Below, one piece after another: positions 28,683 to 38,370 of a stretch of 64,000 nucleotides of DNA (positions within the stretch are counted from its first letter, which is position 1; each line of letters starts with the position of its first letter). The translations under genes were made by a program, and so were the position numbers. The notes beneath the pieces are model-generated. The model was not told where the DNA came from. It saw nothing but the letters and a program-made list of their open reading frames with translations, and did no database searches. This DNA is from an uncultured Acidobacteriota bacterium. GTDB lineage: Bacteria > Acidobacteriota > Thermoanaerobaculia > UBA5066 > DATFVB01. Location of the stretch: contig CAWEYG010000004.1 in NCBI GenBank assembly GCA_963813155.1, positions 1 to 64,000 of the forward strand, written 5' to 3'.

Positions 28683-29686
28683 GCCCGGGCGCGTTCGAGC
28701 GCGAGAGTGACTTCTTCCGCCGAGGGCCGGCGCAGGGGAGCCGGCGCGACGGGACGATGGTCCGCGCACGGGAATCTCGCGATTCGCCCGGTCGCGTTCA
28801 GGGCCGCGAGCCGGCGCGTCTTCTCGGCCCGGCACCCGGGGCATCCCGGAAGCCGCTCGAGCGCTTCGTTTTCCGCCAGGAGGACGGGCGTCGGGCCGCT
28901 TCCGTCTCCCGCCGCCTCGGCGCAATCGCAGAGCGTCTCGAAGTATTCGTCGAGCGAGATCTCGGAAAAGAAGCCGGCGCGGCGCAGGGCCTCCATCGGC
29001 TCGTGCTCGGAAACGACGGGAAGAATCGAGACGACGCGGGCGCCCGCGCGGCGCGCCTCCGAGAACGTCTCAAGCACGCCGCGCCGCGCGCCGGCCTCGC
29101 CGACGAACGGCGGTCCCGCCAGAACGAACGTCCTCAGCAGAACGTCGCCGGCCGCCAACGCCGCCGCGGCCCCGCGGAAAGTCGCGGCGCTCGTCGGCTT
29201 GTTGAGGAGACGGAGGAGGGCGTCGTCGGCGGCCTCCAGCCCGATCGCGACCTCGAGCCGTCCCGTGAGGAGCGGGCGAAGGCGAGTTGCCCGCGGCGCG
29301 TTCTCGGATCGGGCTTCGACGACGACGAGATCCAGGCCGGACAGGGCGGCCGCGATCTCGCGCAGACTCGCGTCGCTCTGGTCGATCGAGCGAGGCTCGA
29401 AGAGCGAAGACGCGTTGTAGAGCTTGAGCCCCGAAGCCCCGGGATATTGCCGCCGCGCGGATTCGATCTGCGCAGCGATCTCGCGGCCGGTCGCGGGCCG
29501 CTCGTCCGTCTGGCGGTACAGCGCACAGTAGACGCAGGCGAGAGGGCACTCGCCGTTCCGAAGGAACACCGTCGCGATCTCGCGGGGAACGCCGTCCGGA
29601 AAGATCTCGACTTCGAGCTTTGCCGGCGCGGGACGAGGGTCCTTCGCGGCCCGGAGCGCCCGAACGGCACGGTCGAGCGCGTTCAT
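28679..29686 (-). CDS. Radical SAM protein resembling archaeosine-pathway RaSEA
   Basis: CPLACVYC (CX3CX2C), LKLYNASSLFEP, VVEAR, LEVAIGLE, LNKP, FVLAGPPF, and C-terminal CPGC...C. It is the last ~335 aa of ORF 28679..33127, starting at ATG 29686. Confidence 0.85.
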   Translation of the reverse strand: MNALDRAVRALRAAKDPRPAPAKLEVEIFPDGVPREIATVFLRNGECPLACVYCALYRQTDERPATGREIAAQIESARRQYPGASGLKLYNASSLFEPRSIDQSDASLREIAAALSGLDLVVVEARSENAPRATRLRPLLTGRLEVAIGLEAADDALLRLLNKPTSAATFRGAAAALAAGDVLLRTFVLAGPPFVGEAGARRGVLETFSEARRAGARVVSILPVVSEHEPMEALRRAGFFSEISLDEYFETLCDCAEAAGDGSGPTPVLLAENEALERLPGCPGCRAEKTRRLAALNATGRIARFPCADHRPVAPAPLRRPSAEEVTLALERARA

Positions 29687-31092
29687 GCGTTCGACGAGGC
29701 GTCCTCCCCGGCGGCGGCCGCGCGCGATCCGGCGAGCCCGGCGTCGCCGTCCCGCTCCGCAAAACCGGCGAACCGCGCTTCGTGCAGCCTCCTCAATTCC
29801 GCGCGCGTCGCCGCGAGTCTTTGCGAAAATACGGAAGCGGAAGTCGCGCCCCGCTGGAACCGCCGCTTCGGTGCGATCGGCGCCTCGCGGCCGAGGTCGC
29901 GAAGGCCCGCCCGGACGATCTCGCCCTTGAGGGACAGCAGGCGTTCCGTGTCCTGTCCCACGAGCTCGCGGAGAGGGGCGGCCAGAGCCGCCGCGATCGC
30001 CGGCCGCGAGGCGTGCGGCGAAAGGAGACGGAATCCGAATTCCCTCGCCGGCGCGAAGCCCCGGACGATCCCGCGCGAAAGGCCGCCCGAATACGTCAGG
30101 GAGTGCTTGATCGAATCGACGCCCCAACCCTCGTGGTAGAGCAGGGGATTGTTCAGCACGCTCTGGATCGTCACGTCGGAGTCCTCCGGCGGATACGACT
30201 TCCAGTTTTCGTCTCCTCCGTCGCCGTCGAAGAGGAAAACGAGCCCGGGCTCGACTTCCCGGAGCCTGCCCAGGAAGGCGCGTTCGACCGCCGCGCACTG
30301 AACGTCGAGGGGCCGGTAGTCCTCGATGCAGGCGACCGCCCGCGGCAGGTCGAGCGATTCGGGAGAGGCTTCGACCGCCGTCCAACGGTCGCGCATGCCG
30401 AGCGCGTCGGCGACCGTCTCCGCGGCCGATCGATCTTCCCCGTCCCCGATCGAAAGGGTATAGAGCCGAACGCGGTCCGTCTCGTTCCGGGATTTCAGGA
30501 CCTCTCCCAGGAGGGCCGCGACGGCCGTCGAGTCGGCGCCGCCCGAAAACGCGACGCCGAGGGGCGCGCCGCGCGGAAGGGCCTCGAGAGTGGAGGCGAT
30601 CGAATCTCTCAGGGCTTCGAAGTAGGCGGAGGCGAGCGCCGCCACGTCGGCCCGGCCCGCACCGGCCGCGGGCGAAAAGAACCGGCGATACCGGGGATTC
30701 GGATCGGGACAGCCGACCTGGTCGAGCTCGGTGAGGTAGTGCGCCGGGACGACCCGCGTGTAGGAAGGATGAAACTGCCACTCGATGCCTTCTCGCCGGC
30801 AATAGTCGGCGATCGCGTCGATCCGATCGGCAACGACGAGGTAAGGTCCCGTTTCCCGCTTCGCGACGAAATAGCGAAGCGGTCTTCCGAGGGTCCGGGC
30901 CAGCCGGATCGTCACGCCGTCGCGCGCGGCGGCGGCAAAGTTGCCCTCGACGCGCGACAACGCCTCGACGTCGCCGGATCGGACGATTTCCTCGACCTCG
31001 GCGCGGCCCGTATTGATCAGCAGATCGTCGTCCGGCTGCGACAGGTCGACGAGCCGGGGTTCGGTTCGGCCGGGAACGAAGGATGCGGGCAT
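29683..31092 (-). CDS. Asparagine-synthetase-related N-type ATP pyrophosphatase
   Basis: PP-loop FSGGADS, FDGDGGDE, PKRRFQ. Remnant Ntn domain (EGNFA..RLAR..GRPLRY) without the N-terminal Cys. GGAGG RBS. Confidence 0.85.
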   Translation of the reverse strand: MPASFVPGRTEPRLVDLSQPDDDLLINTGRAEVEEIVRSGDVEALSRVEGNFAAAARDGVTIRLARTLGRPLRYFVAKRETGPYLVVADRIDAIADYCRREGIEWQFHPSYTRVVPAHYLTELDQVGCPDPNPRYRRFFSPAAGAGRADVAALASAYFEALRDSIASTLEALPRGAPLGVAFSGGADSTAVAALLGEVLKSRNETDRVRLYTLSIGDGEDRSAAETVADALGMRDRWTAVEASPESLDLPRAVACIEDYRPLDVQCAAVERAFLGRLREVEPGLVFLFDGDGGDENWKSYPPEDSDVTIQSVLNNPLLYHEGWGVDSIKHSLTYSGGLSRGIVRGFAPAREFGFRLLSPHASRPAIAAALAAPLRELVGQDTERLLSLKGEIVRAGLRDLGREAPIAPKRRFQRGATSASVFSQRLAATRAELRRLHEARFAGFAERDGDAGLAGSRAAAAGEDASSNA

Positions 31093-31170
31093 AGAAAAGT
31101 CCTCCGCCGGGATCGTAGCGTTTTTCGCCGGGTGTTCGGAGAGGATTCTTCGAGCGCGGGCCGGCCGGAG

Positions 31171-33207
31171 TTACGGGTGAATCGGAGCTTTTCTGATCGG
31201 CGCGGGAGCGGGAGAAGTCGTCGCCGTGATCGATCGCGAAGACGCTGCGCCGGAACGGTAGGCGAAAACGCCGCCGCCGTAGGTCCCCGCGTAGATCTGG
31301 GACCCGGGCGCGACGCCCGCCGCGAGAGCGAAGACCGTCGAGTTCGTGAGCCCGGAGTTCATCGATGTCCAGGTGGCTCCGCCGTCGTCGGACCGGAAGA
31401 CTCCCGAGCCCTCCGTCCCGGCGAAAACGACGCCGGGCGTGTTGTGATCGACGGCGACCGAATAGACGACCGCGTCTCCCATGCCGCTGCCGGCCGGTTT
31501 CCAGGTCGCGCCGCCGTCCGACGTCCGGAACGCGCCGCTGTCGGTTCCCGCATACAGGATGGAAGGATCCGCCGCGTCCATCGCGATCGAATAGACCGAT
31601 CCCGTGGGAAGGCCCGCAGTCGCGGCCGCCCAGGACGACCCGGCGTTGAAGGTGCGGAAGACCCCGCTCGTGGTCGCGACGAGGACGACCGCCGGATTCA
31701 GCGGGTCGATCGCGATCGAGAAAACGGTCGTGCTCGCGACTCCGAGATCGAGCGGCTGCCAGGTGGATCCGCCGTCGGTGCTCTGGAAGAGCCCGCCCAT
31801 GAGCGTGCCCGCGTAAACCCGCGAGGGCTGGCCCGGGTCGACGGCAACGGCGTAGACGTTGTTCGTCGCGATGCCGGAGCTCGTCGAGATCCACGTCGAG
31901 CCGCGGTCGCTCGATTTGAAGATCCCCTCGTTCGTGCCGGCGTAGACGACCGGGGACGGCGCTGGCTCGATCGCAAGACCGTATACCGTCGAGTTGCGCG
32001 AGCCCGCCTGCGCCGGCGACCAGGTCGCGCCCGCGTCGTCGCTGCGCATGACCCCGCCGCCTCCGGTACCGGCGTAGATCGTCGGTGTATTTCCGTCCAC
32101 GATCAACGAATTGACGACCGTTCCGCGAACGCCGTCGTTTTCCTGCCGCCACGAGACTCCCGCGTCCACGCTCTTGAGCGTGCCGATGCTGGATCCCGCG
32201 TAAACCGTGGCCGGCGCGGAGGGGTCGAGGAGGATCGCGAAGACCGTCGTGTTTCCCGCGCCGCCGCCGGCTCGGGCCCAGGTCGCTCCGCCGTCGCCGC
32301 TCTTCAGCACGCCGGAATCGAGTGTGCCCACGTAGAGGGTTTGAGAAGCCGGATCGCTCGCGATCGAGAAAACTCGCGAGTTCGCCGGTTCGAGGGCGAG
32401 AGCCGTCCAATGTGCGCCGCCGTCGACGCTCTTGTACGCGCCGGACGAGTAAGTTCCGGCGTAGATCGTGGACGGAGACAGGCGATCGATCACGATGTCG
32501 AAAACGTAGGCGTCGCCGGGTCCGTCGCCGGCGGGCGCCCAGGAGAGTCCGGCGTTCCCGCTCGCGAAAATTCCCCGTCCCGCCGTTCCGGCGTACACGA
32601 GCGAGGGGGCAGCGGAGTTGACGGCGATCGAGTAGATCGGGACGCCCGCGAGCTCCTGTCCCGCAGAAACCCACGAGCCGCCGCCGTCCGCCGACTTGAA
32701 AATCCCTCCGGCCTGAGTTCCCGCATAGATCGTTCCGGCCCGGCCGGGATCCGCGGCGATCGCCAGGACGACCGTGTCGGAGAGACCGTTGTTCGCGAGA
32801 GTCCACGACCGGCCGCCGTTGGAGGTCTTGAGAATTCCGTCGCCCGTCGCCGCGTAAAACGTGCCGGCCGCCTGCAGATCGGCCGCGAGACCGTTGACGA
32901 CCGCGCCGCTCGTGCCCGTGTCGAGCGCGGACCAGGACTGACCCGAGTCGGTGCTCTTGAAGAGCCCGCCGCCGTAGGTCCCCTCGTAGATCGTCGTGGG
33001 CGACGCCGGGTCGATCGCGAGGGAGCTGACGAGCGCTCCTTCCGGTCCGAGGCTCGACCACCCGTTCGGGTTTGCGGTCGCGATCCCGGAAATCAGAGAG
33101 GCCGCCGCCGCTGCCATGACGAGGCACAGGGAGGCCCTTCCGTTTCGCCCGATATTGGATTTCTGGGTTACGTGGCGGAGGGTGCGGAAGAATCTTGCTC
33201 GCCCCAT
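31171..33207 (-). CDS. Secreted BNR/Asp-box repeat beta-propeller protein (start uncertain, 33118-33225)
   Basis: About 14 repeats of YAGT.GG.FxSxDGGxTW with hydrophobic signal-like segment CLVMAAAAASLISGIATA. Confidence 0.82.
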   Translation of the reverse strand: MGRARFFRTLRHVTQKSNIGRNGRASLCLVMAAAAASLISGIATANPNGWSSLGPEGALVSSLAIDPASPTTIYEGTYGGGLFKSTDSGQSWSALDTGTSGAVVNGLAADLQAAGTFYAATGDGILKTSNGGRSWTLANNGLSDTVVLAIAADPGRAGTIYAGTQAGGIFKSADGGGSWVSAGQELAGVPIYSIAVNSAAPSLVYAGTAGRGIFASGNAGLSWAPAGDGPGDAYVFDIVIDRLSPSTIYAGTYSSGAYKSVDGGAHWTALALEPANSRVFSIASDPASQTLYVGTLDSGVLKSGDGGATWARAGGGAGNTTVFAILLDPSAPATVYAGSSIGTLKSVDAGVSWRQENDGVRGTVVNSLIVDGNTPTIYAGTGGGGVMRSDDAGATWSPAQAGSRNSTVYGLAIEPAPSPVVYAGTNEGIFKSSDRGSTWISTSSGIATNNVYAVAVDPGQPSRVYAGTLMGGLFQSTDGGSTWQPLDLGVASTTVFSIAIDPLNPAVVLVATTSGVFRTFNAGSSWAAATAGLPTGSVYSIAMDAADPSILYAGTDSGAFRTSDGGATWKPAGSGMGDAVVYSVAVDHNTPGVVFAGTEGSGVFRSDDGGATWTSMNSGLTNSTVFALAAGVAPGSQIYAGTYGGGVFAYRSGAASSRSITATTSPAPAPIRKAPIHP

Positions 33208-33319
33208 GAGAGGTGGAGATTGCATAAACCGTGCCGTGTTGGTGACGGCGCTACCACCAGCAGATACTTGGGATTAGGAGTTTGCGGCGGCGGGGGCGCG
33301 GATTAGTCTCTCCTCCAGG

Positions 33320-34535
33320 GTGAAAAATCGAGCTCCCAACGCCGATGCTCGGAACGCGCTGATCGCCGGTTTTCTCGGCTGGACTCTCGACGCGTTCGAC
33401 TTCTTCGTCCTGACTTTCGTGCTCGTTCCCGTTGCCCACGAGTTCGGAAAGTCCGTTCCCGCGATCGCTCTCACCCTCACGGCGAGCCTCGCCATGCGCC
33501 CCATCGGCGCGCTGATCTTCGGGCTGATGGCCGACCGGTACGGGCGGCGGATTCCTCTCATGCTGGACGTGCTGTTCTATTCGATCGTCGAGGTTCTCTC
33601 CGGCTTCGCGCCGACGTACACGGTCTTTCTCGTCCTCCGCCTTCTCTACGGCATCGGCATGGGAGGCGAGTGGGGCGTGGGAGCTTCTCTGGCGATGGAA
33701 TCGGTTCCGGCGCGATGGCGGGGATTCCTTTCGGGGATTCTCCAGGAAGGCTACGCGTGCGGGTTTCTCCTCGCGGCGATCGCCTACGGATTCGTGTTTC
33801 CGCGATTCGGATGGCGCGCGCTCTTTTTTCTCGGCGGCGCCCCGGCGCTTCTCTCGCTTTTCATCCGGGCGAGGGTGAAGGAACCGGAGGCGTGGAAGGA
33901 GTCGAGAACCGACTGGACGAGCTACGGGCGATCGATCGCCCGCAACGCGAAGTTGTTCTTCTACCTGGTCCTGCTCATGGCGATGATGAACTTCATCTCG
34001 CATGGAACGCAGGACCTCTATCCCACGTATCTGCAGAAGCAGCGCGGCTTGAGCCCGCACACGACAGCGCTCGTGACGGTGATCTCGATGGTCGGCGCGA
34101 TTTTCGGGGGGTTGATCGTCGGCCACCTCTCGGACCGTTGGGGCCGGAGGCGCGCGATGGTCGCTTCGGTGCTGGCGGCCGTCGTTCTCGTTCCGTTGTG
34201 GATCGCCGCGCCGAACCTGTGGCTGATCGCCGCCGGCGCTTTCTGCATCCAGTTCATGGTGCAGGGAGCGTGGGGCGTCATTCCGGCTCACATCAACGAG
34301 CTCTCGCCCGCTGGCGCTTCGGGGATTCTTTCCGGGGTTTGCGTACCAGGTCGGCGTGCTCGTGGCTTCGACGATCACGTACGCCGAGGCCGTGCTCGCG
34401 GAGCATTTCAGCTACGCGCAGGCGATGGGATCCCTGGCCTGCGCGGTCCTCCTCGTCGGCGCGCTCGTGATCTGGCTCGGGCCGGAGGCGCACGGCGTCT
34501 CCTTTCGAGGCGAAACGAGAGAAACGCCGGGCTGA
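33320..34535 (+). CDS. MFS transporter, SHS (NanT/JEN1-like) carboxylate family (frameshift near 34315)
   Basis: GFLGWTLDAFDFF, ADRYGRR, GMGGEWG, SHGTQDLYPT, GAWGVIPAHINELSP. Shifted tail ..GPEAHGVSFRGETRETPG*. Confidence 0.88.
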
Positions 34536-34536
34536 G

Positions 34537-36789
34537 TCACAGGCGGATACGGCGAGTCACGAAGCTCGCGTCGCCGGTCTGGCTCGGGACCGCGGTCGGG
34601 GGACGCGCCGCGAGAATCTCCGAGCCCGACGCCGGGATTCCTTCCGTGCGATCCACGAGGATGAAAGTCGGGGAGCCGGCGGACACCTCGCCCGCGATCT
34701 CCACTCCGGCTGCCGGAAGGGTGACGCAGGAATAGCTGCTCCATCCGTTGCTACGGGCAAGGGCGCGTGCCGAGAGGGACGGGACGAGGACGCCCCCGAT
34801 CGAGAAGCGCTCGACGCGGGCGGCCGGAGGAAACGAGATCCGCGCGAAACGGGCGCCGCGGGGCGAAACGATCCTTCCGCGAAATCTCACCCGGCCATTT
34901 GCCTCCGTCCTCTCCTCGAGGCGGAACTCCGGCCCCGCCACGACCTCGGGAGGTGCGGCAGCCTCAAGCGCACGCAGCGGCGACCAGGGAAAAGGAGATC
35001 CGGGGACACGGCCGAACTTTCCGGCGGCGGAGAGCGCGAGAGGCACCGGCGCGCCGTCGAGGATCCACTCCGCGCGGCCCGAATCCGCGTCCTGGTGCCA
35101 GAAGATCGTGAGCCGCTCGGGCGAATCGGCGGTATACGGCGCGAGCCCGATCGAGGCAAGGAGCAGCGCCGCGCTTCCCGCGCCGAGACCGAGGAGAAGG
35201 ACTCTCCGGGACGGCGCGCCGAGTCGGGCGGCGAACGGAACGAGAGTCGTCGCGGGAAGTGCGACGGCCACCGCGATCACCGCGACGCCGCCGAAACCGA
35301 GCGCCTCCCACAGGCGCCACGCCATGGGCAGCCAGAGGAACGCCGCGACGGGGGGAGCGACCAGAGCCGTGCCTCTTTCGGGGTCGAGCGCGGAGGGGAT
35401 CCCGACCGCCGCGACCAGCGGAACGAGAAACAGAAAGCTCATTCCCGGGAGCGCCGCCGCGGCGGCGACTCCGAGCAGTGCCCATGCGGTCCAGACTCCG
35501 GCCGAGAGGCCCGCGGGGCGGATCCGCCGCGCGGCCGGAAGCGCGATCGCCCAGACCGCCGCGAGCGCGAGGAGCCACAGGCCGGCGAGCGGCGCGACCG
35601 GATGCGCCGTCCAGGAGGAAGGCAGGATTCCCGCGCTCTTCAGGAGGGAGCCCGCGGCGAAAGCGGCGAGGGCAGGGACGGCGATCATTCCCGCGAACAG
35701 GGCAAGAGCCGCCAGCCATTCCGAGACTCGGAGAGCTTTCCTTCGAAAGAAGAGAGCCAGTCCGAGCGCGAGCAGGAGAGTCGTCGCGACGGCGATGGGC
35801 AACGTCCAGGCTTCCGGCCAGCCGACGATTTTCACGCCGAACACGTCGAAGAAGACGGCATCGCCTTTCGGTCCGGGCCCCGCGCTCTCCGCGGAGAGCG
35901 ACAGCGATTCCACCATGGCGAGCGCATTCTCGCCCTGATGCTGCAGCGTCGCGAGGCTCGCGTGAGCCAGATCGTCCCGCGGCGTGTGGTAGTGGGAGAC
36001 TCCGCCGATGCAGGCGAAATTTACCCCGGCCATTCCCTGCCGCCGGAAGACGGTGAGGTCCGTGTCGTTCGGGAGCATCCGGTAGATCGCCGGAAAGACG
36101 GAGCTCGAGACCGGATGGGGAATGGCGCTCGCCGCCTCGATCAGCCACCGGTTGTCGTGGCTCGTTTCGAAAAGAAGGCTCGCGCCTGACGTCCCTCTCG
36201 CCTCGAGGTTGACGACGGCGGAGATATCCCGGGCCCACGGGTGCTTCGTCGCGAATGCCTCCGCGCCGAGGAGGCCCTGTTCCTCGCCGTCGTCGAGGAG
36301 AAAGACGACGGGCCGCGTGCGAGGGGGAGCCGACCCGAGGATTCGCGCGATTTCGAGCGCGCTGGCGACACCGAGGCCGTCATCGGACGCTCCGGGCCCT
36401 GCTTCGACGGAATCGTAGTGGGCCGAGAGCAGAACGGCCCCCCGCTCTTCCCGTCCCGGCCGGCGCGCGAGGACGTTTCGCACCGTCCCGCAGGTGCCGT
36501 AGCTCCCGCAGACGAACTCTTCCTGGATCGAGGGCGAATAGCCCATTCCGGCGAGCGCCGCGACGATTCGGGACTCGACGAGCGCGTTTTCTGCGCTGCC
36601 CTCGGGATGCGGAGTCTCCGGCTCGAGCACCGAACGAAGAAGATTCCTCGCGCGGGAAGCCGAGAAGAGCTCCGGCGGAGCGTTCGCGGGAGCGGGGGAG
36701 GGCGGACCGTTTCGGGCGAGACCGGCCGTGAAGAGCAGCGCGCAGAGGGCGGAGACGAAGAGGAGCCGGGGGCCGGGTCGCGAAGCCAC
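34537..36789 (-). CDS. Membrane-anchored M28 metallopeptidase (ERMP1/Pff1-like architecture)
   Basis: SAHYDSV..PGASDDG, DGEEQGLLGA, NLEARG, PNDTDL, YHTPRD, followed by multiple TM helices and a C-terminal soluble domain. Confidence 0.85.
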   Translation of the reverse strand: MASRPGPRLLFVSALCALLFTAGLARNGPPSPAPANAPPELFSASRARNLLRSVLEPETPHPEGSAENALVESRIVAALAGMGYSPSIQEEFVCGSYGTCGTVRNVLARRPGREERGAVLLSAHYDSVEAGPGASDDGLGVASALEIARILGSAPPRTRPVVFLLDDGEEQGLLGAEAFATKHPWARDISAVVNLEARGTSGASLLFETSHDNRWLIEAASAIPHPVSSSVFPAIYRMLPNDTDLTVFRRQGMAGVNFACIGGVSHYHTPRDDLAHASLATLQHQGENALAMVESLSLSAESAGPGPKGDAVFFDVFGVKIVGWPEAWTLPIAVATTLLLALGLALFFRRKALRVSEWLAALALFAGMIAVPALAAFAAGSLLKSAGILPSSWTAHPVAPLAGLWLLALAAVWAIALPAARRIRPAGLSAGVWTAWALLGVAAAAALPGMSFLFLVPLVAAVGIPSALDPERGTALVAPPVAAFLWLPMAWRLWEALGFGGVAVIAVAVALPATTLVPFAARLGAPSRRVLLLGLGAGSAALLLASIGLAPYTADSPERLTIFWHQDADSGRAEWILDGAPVPLALSAAGKFGRVPGSPFPWSPLRALEAAAPPEVVAGPEFRLEERTEANGRVRFRGRIVSPRGARFARISFPPAARVERFSIGGVLVPSLSARALARSNGWSSYSCVTLPAAGVEIAGEVSAGSPTFILVDRTEGIPASGSEILAARPPTAVPSQTGDASFVTRRIRL

Positions 36790-36800
36790 GCCTCTTCCCT

Positions 36801-37625
36801 TCAGCGGAATTTTTGGCGCATGCCGAAATCCATCAGGCGATCGGGAAGAAGGCGCTTCGCGAGCGCACCGATTTTCGCGGGCGCCGTCACGAGGATGCGG
36901 GCAGGGGGGTTACGGCTCCGGACGGCGCGCAGGACCTCGCGGGAGACCGCCTCGGGCGGAAGCGCTCCGGCCGTGGTCTCCTTGTGGAACAGATCGAAGG
37001 CGTTCGCGTACGCCGAGTGGTAGGGGGAATGGGGATCGGCGCCGAACGGTTCGGCGCGGTTCTCCGCGGTTTCCGCGAACCGGGTTTGAATGGGCCCCGG
37101 CTCGAGGAGGACGACCCGAATGCCGAACGGGCGCACCTCGAGGCGGAGGGCGTCGGAAATCGCCTCGATCGCGAATTTCGACGCGCAATACGCGCCGCCG
37201 AACGGATAGGAGATCCTCCCGCCGATGGAACCGATCATCACGACGGTTCCGGAACCCTGCCGGCGCATCACGGGAAGCACGGCCTGTGTCATCTCGATCG
37301 TCCCGAACACGTTCACGTCGAATTCCTCGCGCCATTTTGCGATCGGCAGGTCTTCGACCGTGCCCATCTGGCCGTAACCGGCGTTGTTGACGAGAACGTC
37401 GATTCGACCGGCGCGGGAAAGGACTTCCCCGGTCGCCTTCCGGATCGAGGCCGGATCCGTGACGTCGAGCGGCAGCGCCTCGACGCCGGAGAGCGCCCCG
37501 AGCGACTCCGGTTTCCGTGCCGTCGCGAAGACTCGATTCCCGGCGGCCGCCGCGGCCTCGGCGGTCGCGCGCCCGATGCCCGAAGAGCAGCCGGTGATCA
37601 GAAAGACGAGAGGTGGGTTCGCCAT
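36801..37625 (-). CDS. Short-chain dehydrogenase/reductase
   Basis: ITGCSSGIG, LVNNAGYG, YCASK. Confidence 0.92.
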   Translation of the reverse strand: MANPPLVFLITGCSSGIGRATAEAAAAAGNRVFATARKPESLGALSGVEALPLDVTDPASIRKATGEVLSRAGRIDVLVNNAGYGQMGTVEDLPIAKWREEFDVNVFGTIEMTQAVLPVMRRQGSGTVVMIGSIGGRISYPFGGAYCASKFAIEAISDALRLEVRPFGIRVVLLEPGPIQTRFAETAENRAEPFGADPHSPYHSAYANAFDLFHKETTAGALPPEAVSREVLRAVRSRNPPARILVTAPAKIGALAKRLLPDRLMDFGMRQKFR

Positions 37626-37666
37626 GCCCGTAATGTATCGCGAGTCGAAAGTCGTACAATCGGCCC

Positions 37667-38317
37667 GTGACATACGCGGAGAAGCAGCTCGCCCCCGGGG
37701 AGCGCATCCTGTATCGGGCGCGCTACCACTGGATTTTCTTCGGAAAGGCGATCCTCCTGCTGCTTCTTTCGATCGTGCTGTCGGGAATCGACCTGTGGAT
37801 GGCCCAGAAGGGGGTCGACGCCGCCGCCGTCGGCGTCCTGAAATGGGCGGCGGCGACCGTTCTCGTGTTCGCGCTCGTCTTTCTGCTCGCGAGGTCGATC
37901 CGGGCAGCGGCCGACGAGTTCGTCGTCACCGATCGCCGGATCATCCACAAGCTCGGGTTCTTCTCCCACGAAACGCGGCAGTGCCCGCTCGCGCGGGTTC
38001 AGGACATCACCGTGGACCAGTCGTTCGGGGGACGGCTGCTCGGGTACGGAGACCTCGGGATCGAAACCGCATCGGAGGGAGGGCAAATCCTCTTTCCGAC
38101 GATCTCGAATCCCGAAGCGCTACGAACGGCGATCTGGACGCACGTCGGAACGGGTGGTGTCTCTGCCGCTTCGCCGGCGGCGCCGGCCGCCGCGGGGTCT
38201 CCCCACACTCCCGCTCCCTCCGATCGCCTCGCGAAACTGGCGGAATTGAAGAACCAGGGCCTCATCACTCCGGAAGAGTACGAGCAGAAGCGGCGGGACA
38301 TCGTCCGGGAGCTTTGA
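37667..38317 (+). CDS. Membrane protein with bacterial PH domain and SHOCT tail
   Basis: Two TMs, VTDRRII, GRLLGYGDL, C-terminal LAKLAELKNQGLITPEEYEQKRRDI. Confidence 0.82.
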   Translation: MTYAEKQLAPGERILYRARYHWIFFGKAILLLLLSIVLSGIDLWMAQKGVDAAAVGVLKWAAATVLVFALVFLLARSIRAAADEFVVTDRRIIHKLGFFSHETRQCPLARVQDITVDQSFGGRLLGYGDLGIETASEGGQILFPTISNPEALRTAIWTHVGTGGVSAASPAAPAAAGSPHTPAPSDRLAKLAELKNQGLITPEEYEQKRRDIVREL

Positions 38318-38362
38318 TGTGCCGTAAAGATGTGCCGTAAACCCCGGCGCCGCCCGCTCGTC
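38316..38362 (+). promoter_or_regulatory. ECF-type autoregulatory promoter with a 13-bp tandem repeat
   Basis: GATGTGCCGTAAA twice (38316-38341). GTAAAC (38337-38342), 16-nt spacer, CGTC (38359-38362), 8 nt before GTG 38371. Confidence 0.55.
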
Positions 38363-38370
38363 CAAATGGC

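Noticed and set aside
29683-31092. Lasso peptide cluster (synthetase as lasso cyclase)
   Set aside because: No B1/RRE, no B2 transglutaminase-like protease and no precursor-like short ORF nearby.
31250-33060. CRISPR-like periodic repeats
   Set aside because: The periodicity is protein-level Asp-box repeats with synonymous variation. There are no identical repeats with spacers and no cas genes.
28679-33127. 1482-aa ORF suggesting a giant radical SAM fusion
   Set aside because: Only the last ~335 aa are protein-like. The rest is an Arg/Gly-rich off-frame reading of the propeller and synthetase genes.
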